A stretch of 63,616 nucleotides of DNA, counting the filler, from Octopus bimaculoides (taxonomy: Eukaryota), in assembly GCF_001194135.2 (NCBI RefSeq). It is 5 parts of 4 records of this genome, joined end to end, with 100 filler letters (N's around TTAATTAATTAA, not from the genome) between each part and the next. Parts side by side here need not be neighbours in the genome. Positions count along the whole stretch, not along the records: positions 1 to 21,742 come from NC_068986.1; positions 21,843 to 51,708 come from NC_068983.1; 3 more parts are not named here. One strand, 5' to 3'. Position 1 is the first letter of the stretch. Each line of letters opens with the position of its first letter. Below the pieces are notes generated by a model. That model saw only the letters and a list, made by a program, of their open reading frames with translations, was not told the DNA's origin and made no database searches. Below are positions 14,898 through 27,999 of the stretch, in pieces. The position numbers and the translations under genes were made by a program.

Positions 14898-17800
14898 AAT
14901 GACACACACAATACAGTACACCTTGTGTATTTGACTTTAGAGTCCCACATAGAGCATTGTCATCCTGTCTGCTTCATGTGTAGTGGTTTTTGTTACTATT
15001 GCACTTCGTTGAAATAGAGATGGGGGAGACGTGCATGCACACACACACACACACACTAATTGCTAGCAAGGATGTAATATTTAATTCTTCAACCATAATA
15101 TACAGACAAGTATATTAAAGGTTTACAAACCAATTTTCTGACTAATTTTTGTGTTAGGTGTGTGTGTGTATGTATCTATGTATGTATGTATGTACAGACA
15201 TACATGCATGCATGCCATGACAGACAGATAGGATGTTCTTGAAGCTGAGGATTCAATGCAAATTCTACATTGACTCTGCCACCATCCATAATCTACCGCT
15301 TATGGCTTATATTTTATACTACCCTGAATACACAATAGGCACTAGTAGATAAGAAGTAACTGATGGTAAATAATATTCTGCTTTCGTTAAAAAAAATTTC
15401 AGTTTGAATGTTTTCAGAATGATGGAATTAAAGGTAGATAAAAATGTATTTGACAATCCAGGTTAGGTAGATATCCTGTTTGTTATCCAGTTAATTTTTC
15501 AGTGGTTTCATTTTCTAAAAAAATGATTGAATTTTTTTTCCCTTCTATATCTGATTATGCCCCCATCTTGTTTTTAATATCGAATCCTTTTACTTTCAAC
15601 AATTCCTGACAACCATTTAATATCTTAGACACAGTCTCTTTCGCTCTGTCCTTCCCTCTCTGATTCTTTCCTCTCTTCACACAAGTACATAGACCAGGCA
15701 TTAGTTATATTCTAGTTTACACACCAGTAGAACAACTTTTGCTTTTTTTTAGCATTTGTTTGATAATGGTAATAATGTTCCTGACTAGAATGCTACTCCA
15801 ACTAGTGATGTCTACTTTATCAGTAATCACGAACTATAACAGACAGATTGGTGAATATCAACAAACCTAATTGCTATGGTTTCCCCAATTTTTTAACAAC
15901 CCAGTTTTCGTAGGCAAAATTAAAGCTGTATTTAATGTCTTTCCTACAAAAAAGTATATCTTGGACGCTAATGTACAAGCAAATGCTTGATCATAGACAA
16001 ACCACATCAGTCTATGAAAGCACCCTCGTGCACACACACACACATAGAGACACACTCATACACAGAGGAAACCTTTTTAGATAGCTATGTTACATCATCA
16101 TTATATTCTATTTTTGGCTTTGCAATTGTGTATATATGAATGGGAGATTGATTATCTGGACATTGGCTATTTCTTACAATTATAACTTGTTATTAATTAT
16201 TACTACTTCATTAAACAACTAGTTTTTGGTTTGCAGTAGTATATCAGCTGGTGTCGACATACTTTATTAAAATATTTAATACATATGCACATGTGCATAT
16301 GTGCATTCAAATGTGTCTAAATGTGCATGGATTTATAAGCTTTGTTAGAGGTGGGAAACTCTTTTCATGTTAATGTATTTGTTTTGAGTGTAGTGTCTCG
16401 ATATGAAAATGCCTTTAAAATATCATTTTGATTTCATTGTACCATGGTTTCATTAATTATTTTAGGTGCCTGTATAGTCACATGCACACACACATAGGCA
16501 CCCTCTTGGCCTGCCCACCATTTGATCCAGCAGAGTATTGAGGATGTGACACCTGGAGGGAGAAAAGGGCTACATCAGAATTAGGTTGATATGTACTTAA
16601 ATTTAGCCCCATGCTGAAGGACATGATGTACTATCCAGTCTAGGATTTGAACATACAAGATTTATGGTTGTGGGCTCAACCAATCGGCCACATACCTTCA
16701 ATACACTCACACACCATCTTTCACAGTCCTTCAGTTGTGCGTACACAGAATGGTAAAGGTTGTAGGTTTGTTTTGCCTGTTTATTTTTTTTTGTTATTGT
16801 TGTTATTCAGCAGCTGGGGTACTGTAGGATGGAGATGACAGACTAAAACAACAAAACCACATCTATTAAAATGTATTATGTCTTCTCACTTGCTCGCTTC
16901 AACCACACAGAAAATCCTTTTAAAGTTTTGAATTACACAGTCTGTAGTTGTAAGGCCAACAAAGTAACACATCCGATTTTGTTTTACACCAAAATTATTA
17001 ACAATAAGTAGTGCATTTAGCACTTCCTGTTGTTAATAAAAACAGAAAAAATCTGCTTTGATATACTACATGTGTGGATGTATAACACTTAAAAATATAA
17101 TGAGGTAACATTGACGTTGAGTTAGTTATTGAATGCGAGTGGGAAGTCCTCTAGTTGTGTATTCAACATTTTGTCTTACTAATATTCTAAATGCATGCCA
17201 TGTGGTATATAGTTAGATATGTATCTCTATAAAAGTTAAAATTATTTCGTATATGTAATTTGTATCCAAAATTAGTTCTGAAAAGAAAGCTTAATTAAAT
17301 TGTTCTTCTGAAAGTAGGATGTTACCTAACAAACTCTATGGTGGTGTAAGTATGCTTATAATAGTTTTTGTTTTCGATGCAGTGTTTAACAGCCTGTGCC
17401 CTTCCTGTGTGTGAATGCATATAAAAGAATTTTTCTAATTCTACAATTCTATGTTCATAGCATGGACTAGTGTGTTAGGCTACTAGGCTCACCATTATAA
17501 AGCCATGAGTTCAGTTCCTGAACTTGATGGTCCACTATGTCTTATATATATGTGTGTGTGTGTAAAACAGCATTTCTTGGATGCATTTGGAATTGGTATT
17601 TTGCAGCTATATTCATCATCATCGTTTAACATCCGCTTTCCATGCTAGCATGGGTTGGACGATTTGACTGAGGACTGGTTATCCAGATAGCTACACCAGG
17701 CTCCAATCTGATTTGGCAGAGTTTCTACAGCTATCTTGTTGCTATTTAACAAACATTATATCCTTTACCTTGACAATATGTGGCCGGGGGGCAGGAGGAG

Positions 17801-20800
17801 TAGAATGCTGGACTGATGATTATTTCAGTACAGTATTTTGTTTAGTTTAATTTTTCTACAATTTCAATAAAAATCCCACTTGACTTGCTTGGACGTCCAT
17901 ACTCTCACAAATTTCTGGCTTTGTATCACTGTAGAAACAATTCAATATTTTACCATGCTGTGGTGTACCACCACAGTACACCTTTCATGAGAACAATCCG
18001 TAGTCACTCAGTTGCATGCTTCCCAGTTTATTTCTACAAGAATTTTATATTTTTGACTTAAAAATTCTCAACAAGGAGCAAGGAAACAATGGTTCCTTGC
18101 TGTTGTTGTTGTTGATAATCTTTAGCTTCAGGTCACTTCTGATTGATCACGCCAGTGGATGTGGTCATCTTTTTCTTTTTCTTTTCTTTTTTTTTTAAGA
18201 TGGTAGGGTGTGATTTGAAGGAATTTGGCTGCCGAGTGACCATAGTTATTAATCCTAATGATATTTATGAGAAGAGATGATTTATAATGTTGTGGAGATC
18301 TTAGCAACTGAATCATTAAACATCCTGACAAACTTATAGAAAGAGCAAGAAATTTATAGTATTCTAGAAACAAAAACCTTGTCTCATTTTCATTGAAATA
18401 TTTCTAGTATTCATAAATAAATATGTATGTAAAAAAAAACAAACAAAACAAAAATTGCAAGAATTCATTCAATAATGAAACGAGAATTAATAATGGCAAT
18501 GTAGAACAAGTGTCTCAAATGTTGTTAGCTTTAAATTTTGAGTTACTGATTTCTTAACTTGTATTATTTTCTTATCACCATCACCATTGTTATTTTCAAC
18601 ATTGTCATCATTTATTCACTGTCATTAAGACCACTGCCACCACAATCACCACCACCACCACCACCACCATCACCATCATCATCATTAACAAGTTGACTGA
18701 TGATGGATTTATACAATGTCATATTTTCCTCCTTGTATTGTTGTAAATTCTGCATCATTTCATCTGTAATTAAAACTCAGCTTTCCAAGGTCTAATTTCC
18801 TTGTTATAAGTTTTTGACCTCGCTTTCACAGTGAACATCACTATTGTTTTTTGAATAGACTATGTTTGTAAGATTCCTATCACATCTCAACTAATAAACT
18901 ACAAGATAATCAGTTTTTTATAATTTGTATACAACTATTTTCACCACCGCAATCACTTGTACTACAAAAACAATAAAATTCCTTGTAAAACTAATCAATA
19001 CATTTTTCTTTCTTTCTTTATCCTTATTTAAAAAAAAAAAAGATTGTGAATTAGATTTTATGTATATGTCCTAAAAATATAGATAGACAAGAACAAACAA
19101 CTCCTTTTATAATACTTGATCATAACAAAACTTGAATTCAGTTTCTGGGTATCTATTGGAAAAAAGCCCCCGCCTGCCATTACATTCTTCTTTGTCCAAT
19201 TTACTTCTACTGTTTCTGTACAACTGAAAATTATATTCAAGCAATTGAATGCACTTTCTCTCTCTCTCTCTCTCTCTCTATCTCTCCCCCTTCCCCCCTC
19301 TCTCTCTGTGCAAGTCAAGCCTCAGTGACTTCAGCTACAACTGCATGTATCATTAGGGAATGCAAAGTAGATAGACCAGAAACCTCTACAAGTTCATATG
19401 CACCACTGATCTGTACCCATTCACTTCGACTAATTCTGCTAACCATACTCGCAAGCAGCATATTCTCTGTGTTCTACCAACCAGCTATATCGCACATGAC
19501 TTATTCCCTCCTACCCCACTAAATACACTACTAAGGCTGCGAACTTCGAGCATGCTGCTGTCTAAACTGATGCCCTTATTGTATACAGATTTTTCTTCTT
19601 TTTTCTTTCCATACCTTCTCTTGTTTTGCTTTTGAAAATACAAATGATTGATCAAGTACTTTGAACCACAAACTTGTGACTTCTTGACTGTCACCTATTA
19701 AGAGGGGAGAAACTTCTTTTTCTGTGTAGCAGCAGATCACTCGCTCCTGAAATCCTTTCGAAGACGTAACATTGACGACAATGTGTGTTTGAGTGCATAT
19801 AGATGCAATTAATTAATAATTATGTCTTCACGTGTAGAAAGTTTTGTAATGCTTGTTATTTTCAATAAGAGAAATGATACTAATATCTACGAATGCATGT
19901 GGAAAATAACCAGATGAGAGAATACTTGCTCGAATTTAGGGAAATCCGTGTTAGGTTGGTTGATGTTAGGTTTGACAGATCAGTTATATTTAGATCAAAA
20001 ATATTCAATCAAGATGAATTGACAAAAGCAACAGCTTTTGTTTGTAAGTTCATTTTTGCAAACTAGTTCCATTATAGTTGCTATATACCTCTAAGAGGTT
20101 TTTTTATTTATTTATTTGTATGCAGGTAGTAGTGGTGGTAGGGGGATGGGCCAGTTTGCTTGTTTCTCTCAATATATCTTGTTTTCTCTCTCTCTCTCTC
20201 TCTCTCATTGTTTGTCTGGCTATTCTTTCTATTCTAATTGTCTGTGTTAGGGGGGGAAAAAAAGTTGTTGGACTCGTTCGTTGTACTAAAACAGGTTATA
20301 ATTAGTTCTTGTTCTGGGTTATTGGCTGTGGCACCAATAATTCAAAAGTCTGTTTCGCTATTCTACAAACATTATTATTTCTCATCTAAATAACGATGAT
20401 GATGACAATAACAACAACAACAACAACAACAAAAATTATTCAAAAACAATTGAAATCACTGTTCTTCCAATTAGATGATGGCTATTCTGCTTGAAGATGT
20501 GGGCAACAAGGGCGGGTGGATGTACACGCATGCGCAGGCGCACGTGTGTGCATATGTGCAGGGAGGGAGTAAGTGGGTGGAGAGGACCGAGTTCAACATA
20601 ACTGCCAGCCTTTGTAGACAGCCTTGCATTTACTTTTAAGGTGGCGGCAAGATAAAAATGGATCACAGTAGATTAATAGATGCGATAACTGCATTCAAGT
20701 ATATGCACACGCGCATGCGTGCACATACGTACACTCACATGCTCGCTCGCTCACACGCACTCACTCACACAGCCACCCATCAAACCATCGTGCTGATGAC

Positions 20801-20982
20801 ATCATACCTAATGGAGTTGCTAGGTTCCAACAGCTTGTTTCTCAGTTTCAACAGTGAAGGTTTGCGGAGCATATCTGAACTTCAAAGAAAATAAAAACAA
20901 AAATCTCTGATCTAGATTGATAGCATGATTACCCTTCTTCCTTCACACCTCACCCAGCACCTAGTGCTTTGCATTGTCTCCC

Positions 20983-21015
<33 letters not shown>

Positions 21016-21465
21016 CCCCCCTCTCTCAGTATCCCTAAAGACCCTACCAGTCTTTCAAAAAATTGCAACTAGACTTTATTCAATGTTTGTTTATTTGTTC
21101 TCCTCTTTGTTGTTATTTGTATGTTTGATGATGAAGTGACACAGACAGCCAAGTTATGGAAGTCCTTACTCTATCAGAGTACAAACAAACACAGGTAGGA
21201 CGAAGGGTTGGGCTGTTGGTTAGAGAGGAGGGAGTGAAGTGAATTCAAACGAAACACTGTGTATGTGTTTGTGTTTGTGCGTGTGCGTGTGTGCATGTAC
21301 TGACTACCATCATATCTGGCATTTAGAATATGCAAAGACATGTTTCTCTTAAATGGCTCATGTTACTTTCTCACTCCTCTACTAACCAGAAGAAAACAGC
21401 AATAACACAGGGCAGGGCGGGAGGAGACAAACAAAAACAAAACTAAAAAGACATTAAAGAAGATA

Positions 21466-21507
<42 letters not shown>

Positions 21508-21742
21508 ACAGATAAGTGTGTGTGATTTATTACTTTGCCTGTTTAATCTACATGAGAGAAAAACCTATCTAAGCTCTGTTTGATGCTGTAATCTGACAAT
21601 TTTTCTCCATTTTATATCACTAATTTCTCTACAAAACCAAAACCAAAACCAAGAGTGTGGTTTTTTTTTTCCTTTGTTTTTGGAGATGTTGGGTGTGTGT
21701 GTGGGGGGTTGTTGGCTTTTGCTGCGTGTATTCTTTGTCTTA

Positions 21743-21842
21743 NNNNNNNNNNNNNNNNNNNNNNNNNNNNNNNNNNNNNNNNNNNNTTAATTAATTAANN
21801 NNNNNNNNNNNNNNNNNNNNNNNNNNNNNNNNNNNNNNNNNN
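21743..21842. other. Artificial scaffold join N44-TTAATTAATTAA-N44; identical blocks at 51709-51808, 59858-59957 and 62446-62545
   Basis: All four blocks are exactly 100 bp with a central 12-mer giving stops in all six frames. Confidence 0.95.
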
Positions 21843-22022
21843 AAAAGCACCCACTACACTCTCTGAGTGGTTGGCGTTAGGAAGGGCATCCAGCTGTAGA
21901 AACTCTGCCAGATCAGATTGGAGCCTGGTGCAGCCATCCGGTTCGCCAGTCCTCAGTTAAATCATCCAACCCATGCTAGCATGGAAAGCGGACATTAAAC
22001 GATGATGATGCTGACAATGATG

Positions 22023-22054
<32 letters not shown>

Positions 22055-22250
22055 GATGATGATGATATATATCATCATTTAACGTCTGTTTTCCAAGCTG
22101 GTGTAAGTTGGATTGTTTGACAGGATCTGGTGAGCTGTGGGGCTGCGCTGAGATCAAGTGTCAGCCTTGGTATGGTTTTTACAGCTGGTTGCTCTTCCTG
22201 ATGTCAACCACATTACAGTGTGTATTGGTACATCTTTTTTGTGAGGTTGC
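21843..22250. mobile_element. Two family A tails in tail-to-tail inverted orientation (+ 21843-22065, - about 22070-22250)
   Basis: The plus copy ends in (GAT)n. It is followed by atcatcatttaacgtctgttttcca..., a degenerate reverse-complement copy. Confidence 0.75.
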
Positions 22251-22499
22251 TGAGAAATTTGCAAAACAGAAAAAGAACAGGGAATAGGAAAAAGTCCCTA
22301 CTACTAAATGATGGTGGTGTTTGAGAGGGGGGGGAGGTTGTTTTATGCCAAGTGTTCAAAGGCTAAGGTATGATAGTGAGACAAATACAGGTATTTTGCT
22401 TTAGAGGAAGTACATGGCTATGACATATTATACAGGGATGAGTAGGTGTTGTTAGGAAGAAGATAAAAGAAGTTAGTGATGGGGTGCCAGAACAAATCT

Positions 22500-23200
22500 T
22501 CATGGTACAAGAAGCTGAGCATAAGAGAGAATATGGACAGTGGCATACCGAGGGGTGAGAGTAACAGATAGTTAGAGATGGGAGTAGAAGTGAATATAGT
22601 GAGTGATGAGCAAAGGTGGAGGTGTGGTTGATGGGAAATATCAGTATGGAGAGATGTAAGGTGAAAGAGATAAAAGTGACTCAGAAAGGATAGATCAGAA
22701 GGTAGGTGAATGATGTGCAAGGTGCAGGAATGATAGGGGGTGAGATGTAGGGTACATAAGGGTGGCTATGGTGAGTGGAGAATGATAACAGATATGAGAG
22801 GGTACTGAGAAAGATAGTAGGAATGTGAGGTGTTAAAATGGAGTATGGTTGAGAAGAGAGGTAATTGTAAGGAGGTGATTGGTGAAAATAGTGTGGATGA
22901 GGAAGGGCAGATAATGGGGACAAAGAATTGAAGTGGTTCTAATGGGGAGTAGGTAATTGGAAGTGCAAAGAAAGGGGTAGGAGTAATATGTTCCAATACT
23001 TCCCTCAAGTGGTTACAGTTGCCCAGTAGTGCCAAAGATAGAGAAGTAGTGGAGGACTGAGTGTTAGAGGAACAAGATGTGAGTATGCTTGACAGTGCAG
23101 ACTGGGTTACAGGTATAAACAGAATGCTTTTAGATAAAACCAAATAATGATTAGAAATTTGTGTATACAATGAAGCAAAAGAGTACGCAGTAGAGAGAGA
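22500..23200. repeat. Purine-skewed interspersed repeat, unclassified; related copy at about 29480-30100
   Basis: Both share gagcataagagagaatat (22517 and 29495) and downstream gatgggaaata.ca blocks. Confidence 0.5.
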
Positions 23201-25234
23201 TAGAGAGGAATAATTTTCATTTGAAACTATCTTCACAGATAGATATACTAAGTTTTGCATTACCACCAAATGATAGTGGCAGTATAACACTCCAGGTAGT
23301 GATTTGTGAAGTTGTTCCTTAGAGTAAAAGTTATATATGAATTAAATGAATGAAATCATATTTAATGCTTTGAGTATTAAATTGTTGAAGTAAGCTCAAG
23401 TATGCTGTGAAAGAAAGATATTAATGTGAATTAATACTCATATTTTTTTTTTTTATTGATAACTCTGGGGTTTCTCAACAGAAGTGTAACCTCAGTGAAA
23501 TTCATCAAACACCTATTGGTGTTTCTCAGTAGACATGTTTCTCAGTAGACATTTTATTTGGTTTCAGTCATTCTTGTATCTATCCCTCACATGAATATGT
23601 AAATAAAATTTACAAACAACTTCTATGATTAAGCAAAGTACAAAAGGCAAATATAGACAGGCACTTCATAAAAAGGAATATCTATGGAAGAGGAAAGCAT
23701 TCATTTTTACTTTAGTGACCAAATAATTATTGCTGGGGGTGGTTGTACTGAAAGCATAATAGTTAAAGGTAAGAAAGAAGTAAAAGAAGTCCATAGGGCT
23801 ATCTTATTAAAACTATTGATAACAAGGTTTCTTCAAAAACCAAAAAGAAGCTACTTTGTGGTCATCTGGTCTGTAAAAAGTAGACAAATATCCCACCATC
23901 TTAAAAAAAGAGGATTTGTTTGGTTACAGAATCTTAAAAAGCTGGAATGATCATGATGGAAATCCTAAGCAACAGCAAAAACAGAGTACCTCAATGTAGC
24001 ATGTGTATGAAGTTTGATGTTGTATGGTTGTGATACATAGGCTCTGATTATAGAAGAAGTGATGTAGTTAGAGAAAGATAATTCAGTTACGATTCAATAT
24101 GTAATATTAACTTCCATGAAAGTGAAGCACAAGCAAGCTGAGAGAGTGTCTGATCATTAAAGGTATGAGATGATGTATACAAGAGAGACAACTACTCTCA
24201 TATGGATATGTGAGGTGAAATGCATAGTTTACAAATAATAAAGAATGCCAGAGACAAAAGAAAACAGGTTTCAAGATGGTGTGACTCACAGGAGTTGCAC
24301 AAGAAGCAATTTGTCATAGTGTAAAACTTGTTCAGATTGTGCCAGCATAAAGAAAAAAAAACAGACGTTAAATTAATGAAGTGTTAAAGTGGTGATGAAT
24401 TAATGATATAATCAGGAAAGCATTATTGCTAGAAATAGCAGCCAAATTTCCTTCAAATCATAACTTCTGTTTTCTTCGTGAGGTTCAGCTCCCTAAGACT
24501 TAATTCTTCCTATATCTTCTTTTTTTCAAAAGTCCTTTCCTCTAAAATAACTTGGCTAATTTTATCCAGCTACATCTTTCATATACATCACATGTCTGTA
24601 CAAGTGGAGATTTCCCACTTGCATGCTACAGCTGATTCCTCTTATACCCAGTTTATCTCTCAGCCCATTTGCTCTTTACTAATCATGCACACTATCTTGA
24701 ATTCTGCAATCCAGCATGAAATGGTATTCTATCCTATGCTCAATGAAAATTATATCACTCTCATCAAGGAATTTTAACATGAAGAAACCTATTCAGGAAA
24801 TAAAGCATCTTATGTATGTGTTGGAAAGCACTTTTCTTTAAGAAAGGATCACATGAAGAATTTGCTAAATGAAATTCAAATTCAAGACAAGAAAATGCTC
24901 ACTGTAAATCAAAGCACTAAAAGCTTTTAAAATCTGGCCTAAAGCTTTCAAGACACCTTAATTAATGGCTTGAAGCATTCTATAACTCTAGAAAACTGTG
25001 TCTCTTCAGAGAAAATATTAAACATTTCTATTGTTGAGATAGATTTGTATAAACAGTTCTGCCTTTCATCTTACTATTACAAAAATTATAAGAAAGCTAA
25101 TCCTAAAATTTATGACCTTATTAGCCAACTCTATTTTATGTTTCTTGTATATTGTATGTAATATGTATGGAAGAGATATATATCTAGCACATGAAAGTAT
25201 ATCTTCTTCAATATATATATAAAACATGCATATA

Positions 25235-25486
25235 CAGTTGCAGCCAAAAGTTTGGAACATAGGCCTGAAAATTAGAATTTTTATATAAATGCCCAAAGTT
25301 ATATTTAATTTGCAATAGATTATTACTTGGCCAAAAGTTTGGATCAAAGGTCTGAAAATTTTTTATTCTAGATATTGAACCATTGGATCAGTTATTAGGT
25401 GAGTATATCTCTACATTGTATATATTTGAATTGTACTTGGGCATAATAATTTTTTTTTTAATGTTCCAAACTTTTGGTCACAGCTG
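25235..25486. mobile_element. Tc1-type MITE, 252 bp
   Basis: 25-bp TIRs cagttgcagccaaaagtttggaaca and cagctgtgaccaaaagtttggaaca (reverse complement), TA on both flanks, and an internal direct copy of ccaaaagtttgga near 25330. Confidence 0.8.
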
Positions 25487-25895
25487 TAAGTGTAAGCAAG
25501 ACAATATTTACCCATGGCCAGACATGTTGCTATCAAGATAAAGAGACACACACACACACATACACACACAATGGTCTTCTTTCAGCTTTCTTTTACTCAA
25601 AATGCCAAACAGTGGGACTGAAGTAGAAACTATGAGATTGGGAAGTAAAAATTTTAATCACATAGTCATTCACTGTGTCTGTGAGCACACGCGCGTTCAT
25701 GTGTGTGTGTGTGTGTGTGTGATATGTGTCTGTGCATATGTTTGTTGGTTTATATGTATGTATAGATGTGTACATATATACATCTATACATACATATGGT
25801 TTATGTTTTAGAGATGTGTACACATATACATATGCTAGCCACTGGTATGAAATTTTTTCTAAATTTTCTACCCTTATAATTTTCATACGCACATA

Positions 25896-27636
25896 TCTTA
25901 ATATATAAATCTGAAGTTGTGTGTTTGTGTGAAGCCTTTTTGAATGTTTATAGAAATCCACATTTTCCACTTTTTCGTAAAAATTTTTACATCAATGGAA
26001 TTTTCTCGATCTGAACTTTCCAGTGCAGTAATTAGATTTTTAAAATTCCGTTTACTTTGTGTGATTTAAGGGAGATTTGGCTGTTGTTTCTAGCAACTTT
26101 CATATTTCATCCCTTCCACCTGGAACGCCATTCTTACACACGCGCTCAACATAAAAATATAGAGAGTAAGAGTTAAAGAGGGAGAGGGAGAGAGAGAGAA
26201 AGTGATACATACAACGTCATAGATTAAACTTTCATCTCAGTGTTCTTTACCTATTTTTCACAACATAGATACGTAAAAACACACACAACCACACATACTT
26301 GACCTGTGACAACAACATACACATTGCTCTCAATCTCTATTCATTTCTCCCCCTCTTCCTCTCTCGCTCTCTGTGCAAGTAAACACAATCGTTCACATCG
26401 TGGTATATTTACAAAACATTGNNNNNNNNNNNNNNNNNNNNNNNNNNNNNNNNNNNNNNNNNNNNNNNNNNNNNNNNNNNNNNNNNNNNNNNNNNNNNNN
26501 NNNNNNNNNNNNNNNNNNNNNNNNNNNNNNNNNNNNNNNNNNNNNNNNNNNNNNNNNNNNNNNNNNNNNNNNNNNNNNNNNNNNNNNNNNNNNNNNNNNN
26601 NNNNNNNNNNNNNNNNNNNNNNNNNNNNNNNNNNNNNNNNNNNNNNNNNNNNNNNNNNNNNNNNNNNNNNNNNNNNNNNNNNNNNNNNNNNNNNNNNNNN
26701 NNNNNNNNNNNNNNNNNNNNNNNNNNNNNNNNNNNNNNNNNNNNNNNNNNNNNNNNNNNNNNNNNNNNNNNNNNNNNNNNNNNNNNNNNNNNNNNNNNNN
26801 NNNNNNNNNNNNNNNNNNNNNNNNNNNNNNNNNNNNNNNNNNNNNNNNNNNNNNNNNNNNNNNNNNNNNNNNNNNNNNNNNNNNNNNNNNNNNNNNNNNN
26901 NNNNNNNNNNNNNNNNNNNNNNNNNNNNNNNNNNNNNNNNNNNNNNNNNNNNNNNNNNNNNNNNNNNNNNNNNNNNNNNNNNNNNNNNNNNNNNNNNNNN
27001 NNNNNNNNNNNNNNNNNNNNNNNNNNNNNNNNNNNNNNNNNNNNNNNNNNNNNNNNNNNNNNNNGTGAAAAGTACCGACCCTGCCATCTATTATAACTTT
27101 TGTTGTTCTGTTTAATATATACACAGATTATGCCTCCAAAGAAGAGAGTTTGCTGGGGAAAGACAGCAACTGGTTTAAAATGACAGCCACAGACTGCAGC
27201 AATTCACCACATTCCAGTAGCTACTTTGAACATAATGCAAAATGGTGCATCAACACCTTCTGCCCAATCTGATAGAATTCTGGCAAAACTGTTTAGCAAC
27301 AGATCGCCAGCAATTGCTTCATCACAAATTGCCATCTAGCTCCTGTGAAAAGGGATTACCCTGCTATGTATAATCAGGGCAGCGCAAAAAGTTGTTTTGC
27401 ACAAGCATTTCTATAGGCAATTAGACGAATGAAATTTACGTATGCTTAATAATTTTACGCAAAACAGCTTTCAGACTTTCCCTATTAATTTCATCGTCTT
27501 TTGAATTATGAACATATTTACATCATAAGGGCTTTTTCGTTGTAAGGCTTTCTTTTTTAGTTGATTTTCAACTAGCAAGACTTATCGTAGATGGCATAAT
27601 AAGTCACACCCGGACAAGGTCGGGTTATACTGCTAG
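25896..27636 (+). mobile_element. Non-autonomous Helitron (spans a 643-bp N gap)
   Basis: 5' end A|TCTTAATATATAAATCTGAAGTTGTGTGTTTG. 3' end has the hairpin acccggacaaggtcgggt, a short spacer and CTAG|T. Insertion between A and T with no TSD. Confidence 0.65.
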
Positions 27637-27999
27637 TATGTATATATTTGTATATACAAATTTATACATTTATGTATTTACAAGAGTGTGTATATATACT
27701 CACACATAGGAATATGATCAAGTAAATGGATTTGCATGAGTACACAGACATATGCAATTGTGTATAGCTGTGAAAACTAATTTGTAATGTTACTTACTAC
27801 CTTACTTTTACTGTTTACCTATTTTTGTTTTTTTCTGTAGTTAACAAATATCATACAACCCACCCTTTCATTTCTTTGCCCCTTCAGTCATGTCTGTACA
27901 GCTTATTTATCTTTTAATGTTTGTAAATAAAAGTGTGTATACATGAGTATATATTTGTAAATAAATATTTGTATATAGAAAGGCACGCAAACCAGTTTT

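Noticed and set aside
21787-21798. TTAATTAATTAA recurring four times as a possible biological motif
   Set aside because: It is always centred in exactly 44+44 Ns, so it is an assembly spacer with six-frame stops.
23464-25161. Possible decayed hAT transposon (ctggggtttctcaac terminus-like motif, partly open frames)
   Set aside because: No partner TIR, TSD or convincing transposase motif was found.
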